A stretch of DNA of 64,000 bases, taken from Antedon mediterranea (taxonomy: Eukaryota > Animalia > Echinodermata). The stretch is from positions 3,804,101-3,868,100 of the forward strand of contig NC_092677.1 in assembly GCF_964355755.1 (NCBI RefSeq), given 5' to 3'. Shown piece after piece: positions 1 to 10,900 of this stretch; within the stretch, counting starts at the first letter, position 1; each line of letters begins with the position of its first letter. Below the pieces are notes generated by a model. The model was not told where the DNA came from, did no database searches, and saw only the letters and a list, made by a program, of their open reading frames with translations. The translations under genes and the position numbers were made by a program.

Positions 1-1121
1 ATATTCGATATGGATTCTGTTCATTTTGTAAATGCAACGGATTAAAAAGCTGAAAGTATCCAAAGACAGACTCCAATTGCGTAGAAGGATCTCTAATAAT
101 TGTTATGTATTTAGTATCTGGTTTCATCACGGCTTCCATCTCTGTTCGGTTGTACCTTACATGGTTCACCAGTAAATCGTAGGTGCCTGGAAGTACCTGC
201 TTTCTATTAAAGTACGTGGAGCTAATTACATGTCCGCGTTTAGGTGTTGCAAAAGTTAAATTTTGTAAAAATCCATATCTCTGCAAGATTGAGGTGATTG
301 TAGAACTTCCAGTTTTGTGCGTCTTCAAGAAGACAATATGTTGTTGTGGCTTGCATGCAATCTTACTTGGTTTAGTCGTAGTGAAATCACTACGTTTGTC
401 TTCACTTCCTGTAGGCCTAGGCCTTCTATGCGTTCGCCGCTCCGATTTTACATCGACACAGCACAAGCTATTGTAATATATAATTAACAAAATTTATTAA
501 TATAAACAAGCCGAGGTTCATGGATGAGTTAGACGTAAATGTTACGTTTCACATTAAAATGAACATGAATTCGTATGTTATTATTTTATGTAGTCTTTGG
601 AACGGTTTAGTTACATCTATCCATCAGGTTACTTCAATCGTTTATTTTAAGGCTCCTCTGAAACTCATCTTTCTAACTCTTTTTTTTTTTAGTTTAACGC
701 TTTTTATATCTTTTTTAACAGGCTTTATGCGCTATACAAGCCCTATATTATTATTGTGTATCATTTTAAAATTAGTTTACTGCAGTAACTGCATTTTTTA
801 CTGCAATAACGCATGATTTTAGTTTGCTTCAAAGCAGTATTTGCAATAACAAGGTGATGTTAATCTAAAAATTGGCCTTCACTGATAAATATTGCATAAA
901 CAGGTTTTTAAAGAGTGTGTCAACACAATAATACACTTCGGTAACTGTAGAGTATAGTAAGTTGAACTTATTATTGGACCCTTATTCAAATAAACTTACC
1001 TTGAATTTGTGTAAACATCTTTTAGGACAATTGATGAAAAGCTCCTAAAATGATGTATCCCGATCACACTTCCTAAAATAAATACAGCAATCAGTAGAAA
1101 TTTTAACTTTCGTTTATACAT
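1..1121 (-). CDS. Galactose-3-O-sulfotransferase (GAL3ST / galactosylceramide sulfotransferase-like), 5' part; the gene continues past the left edge
   Basis: Minus-strand translation of about 467..1 gives ...CKPQQHIVFLKTHKTGSSTITSILQRYG...YDLLVNHVRYNRTEMEAVMKPDTKYITIIRDPSTQLESVFGYF. This contains the GAL3ST-type 5'-PSB motif (FLKTHKTGSST) and the 3'-PB-like motif (ITIIRDP..S). Candidate first exon 1121..1000 reads MYKRKLKFLLIAVFILGSVIGIHHF (type II signal anchor) and ends at AG|GTAAGT. The phase join between the two exons is unresolved, so there may be a different acceptor or a small missed exon. Confidence 0.85.
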
Positions 1122-1960
1122 CTTTATACTCCTTGAATTACTAAACGATGAATTTTAAGTGATAATTTTAATAAACTAAAGTGTTTGCACAGCTCTGTAC
1201 ACTGCTTTTTATATTGTCCTCTCATGGACTCTACCATTATTTATGTTTGGTTGTTACGTAGGCTTTTACAGACAATCAACCTACGGGTTCCAAATAGTAA
1301 GATCGCGTGGCAGATAGCATTGATGAGTGGGTGTTTGTACTGTGCGAGTGTTTGAAAACGGTAGGGGTGGGGGGGGGGGGGGTTCTTTGTAGATGAGGGT
1401 GGCTTTACTTTAGCTTTTGACATATAGTTAATCGATAAATGAGTTGTATCCTAATACCAGTGAATAATATGGAAATTAATATGATCCGAAATCCCCATTA
1501 AATTCATGGCCAAACGAAAATGGACACTCAGTACCGGTACCAGCATTATTGAAAAATATTTAGGGCTAATTAAAATTCAGTAGATTTTTAAAATGTAATA
1601 ATTCCACGCTATGATAGTACGAGGATCGTTCCAAAGGACTATTAACTGGAACAGACACCCGTTCAGTGTTTGAAAATTAATTGCACATTTCAAATGAATT
1701 GTTAGATTATTAAAACTTGGGCAAGGCCTACTATTATATTGACGGCCAAATTTTTATAGATTTCTTTCATTATTTACTATTTGAAGCATCAATTGTTAAT
1801 ACAAATACTTCCAAATATTTTATCTTGAATTTGTTTTCGGTAAATATAGGCTATAAGTAAGGATATATTTGCTGTGTAAACAAACAATTATTTTTGTTTC
1901 TCTAAAAGTTTAGTTCAAAGTCGTTGTACGGTGAGGGCGCAATTAATTCGCGATTGCGCA

Positions 1961-1976
1961 GTTACCACTTAGCAAC
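1961..1976 (+). promoter_or_regulatory. RFX X-box-like motif upstream of CFAP44
   Basis: GTTACCACTTAGCAAC ends 11 nt before the CFAP44 ATG at 1988. It resembles the GTNRCC-spacer-RGYAAC X-box typical of ciliary gene promoters; the spacer is one base longer than the usual consensus. Confidence 0.65.
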
Positions 1977-1987
1977 AGACTGGTAAA

Positions 1988-4900
1988 ATGGCCGAACGTG
2001 GTAAACACGAAGAAAACGGTTTGTTGATTTCTTAATTTAAATTGGCGTATATTAATACATTTGTAAAATAACCTTAATGCACTATTGCCGACATAAGTAG
2101 CGTATAACTGGTATAAAATAGTTATTTATAGGCCTAGGCTACTTAGGCTAGGCTAGGCCTAGCTAGCCTATAATAGGCTAGGCTAGGCCTAGCTAGCTGG
2201 CCTAGCTAGCTAGGGCCTACTAGAGTATTACTTAATATAGGCCTAGCTAGGTAGGCCTAGGCCCTATCCTTCCTAGGTCTAGGCCTACATACTACAAATA
2301 AAATGCCTCCCTTCCTCCTCCATACCCCTATCATGGCTAGGTAGGCTACTCCTATATAATTAATATTTAATAAGGCTAGGTAGCTAGCTCTAGCAGGGTG
2401 GTGTCAGCCAGAAAGCTGCTTTAGTTTAGCCTTATTATAGCCTTTTTGCAAGGTTACAGTACATACTTTACTTGTCAATATTATAGGCTACCTACCTAGC
2501 TAGGCCTAGGCTAGTATAGTAATACTATAATACAATAGGCTAGGCTTCTAGTAGGGGCTACTAGAGGGGGATAGGTCTAGGCTAGTTAGTAACTATTCTA
2601 GGCCGGTCAGTCTAATTACCGAAAACAACCGAAAATAACCGAAAACAACCCCAAACAACCGAAAACAACCACAAACAACCGAAAACAACCATAAACAACC
2701 GAAAACAAACCGAAAACAAAATAAAATAATCTAAATACCGAAAACAAATTTGTATAATATTTTTTAAATGTCGCCCTCTATTGATGGGTGTTTCTAAATC
2801 TAAGACCATAACATGCAGAAACAAAACCGCGCGCGCAAAAGCCAAGGAAGACCCTACGATGGTAGTGTGCACAAAATACAACTAAAAATCATGCAATCAA
2901 TCAATGATAACATCGCATTTACTTACAGAATCTATAAAAATATTTTAATTTTAGTCTTTCGATTTTTGATCCAGAAACCAGCGCATTACTCCTTACAATA
3001 ATTGTGAATATGTTAATCCATAGTATAGAAAGTAAATTGACTATGGTTAATCATGATCGATTTAATTATAGATTTTCAAAGATAATTATACAAAGATACT
3101 AGGGACTATAAAGTATACTTAAAACAAGCTCACTATAAAGGATTCACAATAAAATCTATTCAGTAAAATTACTGTAGTCGAGTAAATAACGTTTTTATCC
3201 TTAATCGCTTCAGTATTCACTTAATAAGTGACGAAAACCGAGGACGAAAAAACGCAAAGTTAGATAAAATCATGCTTTGTTTTTGAAAAGACTAAAAACG
3301 AAATGGGTTTATAGATTTTGTAAGTAAATGTAATCTATTTCATTGAATTTGTACGATTTTGAGTTGTATTTTGTGCACACTACCATTTCTTAGGGTCTTC
3401 CATGACTTTTGCGCCTCTGTATGGTCTTAGCTTTAGAAACACCCATCAATAGAGGGCGACATTAAAAAAAATATTATACAAAATTTGTTTTCGGTATTTA
3501 GATTTTTAAAATTTTTTTTTCGGTTTGTTTTCGGTTTGTTTTCGGTTGTTTTCGGTTATTTTCGGTTGTTTTCGGTTGTTTTCGGTTATTTTCGGTTGTT
3601 TTCGGTAATTAGACTGACCCTTCTAGGCTACTACTAGGGTAACCTCTGGGTGGGCCTTATTTATTAGTTAGGCTAACCTTGAATTCTTTCATTAATTCAT
3701 TAAATTGATTCTTTTTTATGCAATTTCCATTTATTTTTAGAGCCTCATTAGAGTAGAGGCATTTTCTTTACTTTATTGTCAAGTTTTTGTAATTTATCTA
3801 TAGCCTCTAGCCTAGTACTTGTTGACAGTAGTAGCCTAGTATTAGGACTAATTAATAATAGGCTAGGTAGTAAAGTGATTGTTTAGGCTTACGATACTTT
3901 ATAGCCTAATACTATTATTATATTGTTTATGTGGGATTTTTGTCTGGGCTGGGCCCTACCTAGCCTAAGCCTAATAATACTATAATAGTATGTATAAGAA
4001 GATAGCAATATAGCCCTGTTTTTTTTGTGTGTTTTTTTCGTTTGCATTTAGAAGATCAAAGAAATGTTCTAAATAACATGACAGCCTAATCTGTGCTGGT
4101 ATTTTTTTGTATACAACCCTCGCTACATAATTTGAGTGCCTGTACTTAGTAAGCCAGCCTACTCTATGTCTTAAGATCATCAGGCCTAGGCTTAATACAA
4201 CTTAATATGTTTTTCTTATTTATTCCACATTTTGCACGTTCACTTGTTTTATTAGAAATTTCACAAGAAACTGTTAAAAAGTTGAGTTTAAAAGATGCAA
4301 CACATAAATTAAAAGCAGAAGCTCTAAGAGAATTTAATTTGCGAAAAAATGACATCAGTACTAATGGGGAAGAGGATAGTAGTAAGGAAATTCACTCACA
4401 GCGAGACGGTGTTTTAGATGGAGGTAGTGGAGATAATGAAGATGGTATAAAAAGAATGACCAGCGATGGTGATAACTCCAGTATTGGTAGAGATGCTCAA
4501 CCAGAATATGAAGAAGAAAGTAATGCTCTTTCTACTGAACCTACCAAACAGCCGCCTGATGCAAAAAACTCACATGTAGTAAAAAACACAAAAAATATTG
4601 AAGAAGAAACTTTCTCTACCGGTGCCAAACTGCCTTTCTCCACCGCAGATTCCTCTGCTGACAACAGAAACCTGAGTAAGAGGATTGAATCCAAAGAGTT
4701 ACTTAAATCATCTTATTTATCAGCTGACTGTCACCACATCTGATTTTGCATGTCACGATTTATGATTCTTTAGAAACATCACCTCTCCTCAGCACCCACC
4801 ATCACACATGTTTCATTTATTGCAGAGCTTTGCACCCATATGTAATAATATATAACTAAAAGTTTGATCATTTCAGAATAATGAAGGGACAGGGGGAGGG

Positions 4901-7900
4901 GGGGGGGGTGTGGTTGAAGGAGAAATGACCTGTCTGCATTACAATATTATCTTGTTTCATAATTTCTGTGGAACTTGTTGGAGAAGTGAGTGGCCAAGCA
5001 GTTAAGACAGTGGGACCGTAATACCCTGCAATATGAACATCAGCAAGGGTTCGAGTCTGACTCACTCTATGGTTCTGGTTATGGTAGAATGAGTCTTCTC
5101 GGATAAGAACTATAAACCGTAGGTCCAGTGTACACTTCTGGTTTATGTGCACTTTAAAGAACCTAGTACATCTTTCAAGACGAGTAGGGGGTTACCCCGG
5201 TGTACTAGTACACACAGCCACTGTCACACAGACACTTATCATATAACTCATCGAGAGGGCCCCTTGATTGTCAGCATACACTGTTTAGGGTAACCCTCTA
5301 TAAATAAGGTAAAACTGTATTGTACTGGGTTTTCCACCTGTGTTGAATACGATTTTACAGTAATTCAATTTAAAAAATACGTTCTTAAAATGATTAAATG
5401 AATGTGTACTAATTGATAGTTTAGAACTACTAATTAATACCACAGTGTGTATATCAACTGTACTGTAATAATTTGAATGATGTAAATGGTACATGTTTTC
5501 CTTTTTGAATATCACTAATTGCTTTAAGTTCACATACTGTATGTTTTCTCATCTCAGACTGTTTAGTCATTTTTTAACATTATTTTAATATAATAAGAGA
5601 TTAAAGTGGATCGCCTTTGCTACATCCCATAATGTATATCTGAGTCATTAGCTAAAGTAAAGTTACTTAAGCTCTGTCTACACTTTCAAACTAGTTTGAC
5701 GTGCCCAAATATGGTAGTGATATGCTTAAATATGGTATTTATTTTTTGTGTCACATAATGTTTGACAGTGTAGACCGAGCTTTACAAAAAAAAGTGACAT
5801 TGACAAATAAAAGAACATCCATAGTTTATCAATTGTTTCATGTTCCAAAACTAATTCCATATTCCACAACGCAAAAATCCTTTTTATTTATTTTCTCAGT
5901 GAACATCTTTAACTGCATACACGCGCATAAATAATTAACTATAATGTTAATTATTTTCTGTTCTGTTTTTCGTTTAAAACACAGAAGAGAATGGTGATGT
6001 GGAGAGTGGAACCAATGCAGAAGGATCTGAACATGTCTTAGATACAACTTCTGCTGTTGGACCAGCAACGTCTGCAGATCTTGAAAACACTGGTGAAAAT
6101 CTAGAAGTTGACAAAGCATCAAAGACTAAGAACCCAGATGCTGGCGACTCAGAAAATGACCACATAGAAAATGGAGACCATTCGGCAACTATGGAAGAAA
6201 AAGTGGTTGATATTAAATTGGCAAAAACTGCCAAAGACGATGACAAACAAGCAGGTTCAGAAAACACAAATGGTGAAGACTTAAATTCTGAGAAGGAAGA
6301 CTTAAGCAAAGATAAAAATACATCAGGTATCCATTTCTTGATTAGATAGTAAAAAAAAAGATTTTCTTTTTAAACTAAATTGTTATTGATTCTTTGTTTT
6401 ACATTTTCAGAAGAGTCACTTGAAAATGTTACAAATGATGGAGATGCCACTGAGCAAGCTAATAACAATAATGATACCCTGGGCAATGCAGAAGAACAAA
6501 CAACCAGTGAGACCAATCAGGATGATAGAACCTCTTTGGAAGCTAATACAAATGTCAACAACTCTGCAGATGGTGAGAAAAATGAAAACAAGGAAACAGA
6601 AGATTCCACAGCAGACCAGGAAAATGACCAACAAGAAGAGGAGAGTCGTGAACCTGTAGCAGAAAGTAAACAAGAGCAGGACAAAAACACAGATGGAGAT
6701 AAAGGAAAACAAGAGAGTGTACCTGCAACAGAAGAGGATAACAAAAACACTGATAAACAGCAAGAACAGAGTAATGTATCCACAACAGAAGCTAAGAATG
6801 AGGAAGACAAAAGCACAGATGGAGCTGATGGAGGCGCATTTTCCAAAGGACAAAAAAGTGATAGTTCTGCTAAAGATGCAATAGAACTTCAAGAAGTCCA
6901 GCAAGAGTCTTTCAAAGAGTCAACTAATTTTGAAGAACCTATAGCAGAAACAAAGAGTTCACCAGCACAAGAGATTGTGCCAGAACCCTCAGCTGGAGAA
7001 GCATCTACTGCAGCAGCTACAGAAGGTGATCTTCAGAAGGATGATCAACAACCAGATGAAGGCTCTGTGGAACCAGAAGAAGCCAGAGAGCAAGATGAAG
7101 ATAAAATCCCATCACAGTTTTACTATGATTCGTCAGAACTGCAGTCTACTGCTAAGGTTGCAGAAGATTCAGGACTACCATTGGATTTGCTTAAAATACA
7201 GTATCCTTGGATTGTTTTTACAATGCTATAGTTAAGGTTTAAAGCTCTGTCTACACTATCAAACTAGTTTGACAAAAATAATGTGCCCAAATATGATAGT
7301 GATATGACATCATCATGTCCATATATCGGCACATCGCATTATTTTTGTACATAAAGTTTATAAGTGTAGACAGCTTTAAGAACCATGCCAAACTTTTACA
7401 GTAACTACATTTTGTGTACTCTTTAACTTTTGTATGCATGCAAGCTTTTTATGGGAAATTATACACATTGATTTTTGCAGCGACTGTCTCATAAACTTCT
7501 ACATTGAAATAAACTAAACTAGTAAAAAATGTAGTTACTGCAGTAAACTGTAGTAATTTTTGAAGAATACTTTTTATGCTTATTATCCTTGAAATACGAC
7601 TCCAGTCATTCTTTTGGCTACGACTGTTTGAAACATCACAATTTACTGATGTTGGATGCCAACACTATCATCTTCATAGCAGGTAATATGGTTCAATTGT
7701 TGGATATTACTACCAATGAACAGAAGTACATCCGAAGCACAAGTGGTGGAGGAATTGGTGCTATTGCTGTGAGTACACGTAGAGATAGATATTTTGCATT
7801 TTCTGGATTTTTAAAATCATTGATATCTAATACTGTATATGTTTTTTAAGGTTCACCCAAGTGGCAAGTATTTCGCTGTTGCCGAAAAAGGAGTAATGCC

Positions 7901-10900
7901 TAATATAAACATTTATGAGTTCCCGTCACTAAAGCTGTATCGTATTTTACGAGAGGGGACGGAGACGGCCTATGCTCACATTGATTTCAACCCGTCGGGG
8001 TCACTGCTTGCCTCAGTTGGAAGCAGTCCAGATTTTATGCTGACCGTGTGGAATTGGGCAGATGAGGTGATTATGTTGCGATCCAAGGCTTTCTCTCAAG
8101 ATGTTTTCCGTGTAACATTTTCACCAGATAACGAAGGCCAACTGACAACAAGTGGTATTGGCCATATTAGGTAAATATATGCTACTGATCTAAAGCTCTG
8201 TCTACACTATCAAACTGTTTGTTATCAGATGGGTTATTCCATTTTATATATAGGGCTTCTTTTATTTTTAATTTGTAAAAAAGTGTGATGTGTCCAAATA
8301 CAGTAGTGATATGACATCATCATGTCCATCTATTGGCACATCAAATTATTTGTCACATAAAGTTTGATAGCGTAGACAGAGCTTAACAGCCTTCCGATAA
8401 CTAACATATTTTTTTTTAAATAATTTTCCTAATAACTTTGACAATAATGTTTACTTTATAGATTCTGGAAAATGGCCCATACTTTTACCGGCCTAAAGCT
8501 TCAGGGTCAACTTGGCAAGTTTGGTCGTACTGCCATTTCCGACATTCGGGGGTACATTGAGCTACCAGACGGCAAGGTGCTATCGGGAACGGAGTGGGGA
8601 AACATGCTGCTTTGGGATGGCGGCTTGATCAAAGTTGAGATTGCTCGCAAACACAAGAAGAATTGTCACACCGGACCGATTGAACAATTTGTGATGGATG
8701 AAGGCGAACTCATTACAATTGGAGCTGATGGTTTTATTCGCGTAAGCTAATTTGAATTTTCTGAAATATGAATTTAATAATATTCCATGACTTAAGCTCT
8801 GTCTACTCTATCAAATTTTTATATAACAAAAAATGTGATATGGACATGATGATGTCATATCACTACCATATTTGGGAATATCACTACCATATTTGGGCAC
8901 ATCGCACTTTTTTGTCTTGAAACTAGTTTGATAGTGTACGGTATTCTGTATACCATGTAATTCTAAAAAATGGAAAAAAAAGTTTAGAATGTTTTGACGT
9001 TTTATTAACTACAGTAAATAATCTTTGTATGGTTCCTTTACAGGTTTGGGATTTTGAAAGTATAGATACCGCAGACTCTCACGATGACTCTGGAATATTT
9101 GAGATGGAACCGATGAATGAGTTGAAAGTGGGGAACGGGGTTCATCTTCGATCCATGATAAAATCGGTTGATCCAGAGGCTCAAAGTATTTGGTTTGCTC
9201 AGGTAAGGATTTTTAGTCAGGACTTCAATAAGTTGTTGATAATGTTATTTAGAGAAAATTAAGTTAGAGTAAGGCATCTGGTTTCTGCCGATTCTAGTTC
9301 CAATACATTAGAACCCTTTTTATAAGGTTTTTGTGAAACTAGTTTGATAGTGTAGAATAGCCTAAGGAGACACTGTGTCTAGATAAAGATGTACGCTCTT
9401 TCTAATTATTTATCAAATCTCTCTAGGATGCAAACGGCGCCATATGGAAGTTGGACTTGTCCTTCTCTCACACCACAAAGGATCCAGACCAGTTATTTTC
9501 GTTCCATTCTGGAGTTATCACAGAGGCAGTTTCTTCTGGTGTATCGCATCTGGTTGCCACAACTGGTGATGATTGTAAGTGAAGAGGTTTGCAATGTCAG
9601 AATATGGGACATTTTTTTTTCTGGCAATTACATTATATGGAACAGTCAATAGTTTGTGTAATTTATTATTTTCTATCCGCACGGTTAACTATGAATACTG
9701 TGCTGATGGAAAACGAATGAAGCACTGAAAAAAGAGATTTTTTTTCTTCTTTTTTTTTTTATAGATATTAAATAGAGATATACTACTAAAACTACTGTAT
9801 TTCAATTCAGAGGACTACTGTTTAATAACATGTTTAATTTTTTTGTAGGTACCGTTAGAGTCTATGACTATAGCTCTAAGTCCAAGCTATGTCAGACTAG
9901 ATTTAATTCAGGTGGAACGTCACTTTTATGGATACCTGATATTGTAAGTTTTTAGTTATTAGTGTGTTTATCATAGTCAATATAAAAATGAATATTTATT
10001 ATGCTGGTTAGTTTTTTTGGGTTTCATAAGATAGGGAACCATTTATAATAACCCTGACTCTCCCACAGACAGACAAACTTTCAATATTAACATTATGTTT
10101 ACGTTTTAATTATCAACCAGATTGACCCAAAAGGTCGAACAATCTTGGCAGGCTTCGAGGACGGTGTGGTACGTGTTCTGACCGTTTCTAAACGTGACCC
10201 TAATGACACAACACCAGTAAAACGACAATCAATCGTAACCAATGCTCAGTTATTACTTAAGCAAGCATTCAAGCCTCAAAGTTCAAAGGTCACTTCAATG
10301 GCAATTGACTCAAAAGGAGAATTCCTAAGTACAGGGGTAAGTATCATGTAAAATTAAACTATGTCTGTGTAAATTATTTTCTAATACAAACATTCAACAG
10401 CTTTCAAAAAGTTTTGTCAACCAAATAAAAACACTTCTCTTCATAATTTTAAACACGTTTTTTGTTTTTTAACAGGGTTCTGATAGCACTGTGTTCTTTA
10501 TGACAGTTGGTGATGTGTACAAACCAATTGGCTTTGTTGATGTCCCAGGTCCTGTAACCCATTTGACATGGTCCCCACCACATTTTGTAAGTATACCACT
10601 TTAATATTTGCATACATGCTTAAAAGAATTACCACATATGATCTGTTCAACATTGTGGTGTTCTCTCAGCAAATACTCACAAAGAACGGTTATGTATAGA
10701 ATCTAATCAGAGTTTTCTATACTTTAGCTCAATATACAACACGTCTAAAATCTTTTCGTCCACACACGTAAGCACCCTTTTACATCACAAGTTGATATCC
10801 AGGTTTGCGTAGTGTGAATGAAATTTTTTTTTTTTCTAGGATAAAAATACACTGCTTGTGTTCTGTGCGAACGGCGAAGTAGTAGAAATAGAAGCTCCTG

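Noticed and set aside
4984-5065. Possible tRNA genes (also about 11810-11885, 19715-19790, 28890-28960, 29735-29795)
   Set aside because: A/B boxes are present, but I could not see a complete cloverleaf, and most continue into a shared SINE body. They are best read as SINE heads.
6327-6410. Donor GTATCCAT as a second U12 intron
   Set aside because: It deviates from GTATCCTT, has no TCCTTRAC branch site and has an ordinary pyrimidine-rich U2 acceptor.
5974-6904. Antisense and alternative-frame ORFs over the CFAP44 acidic exons
   Set aside because: They are shadow ORFs produced by the biased codon content of the real plus-strand exons.
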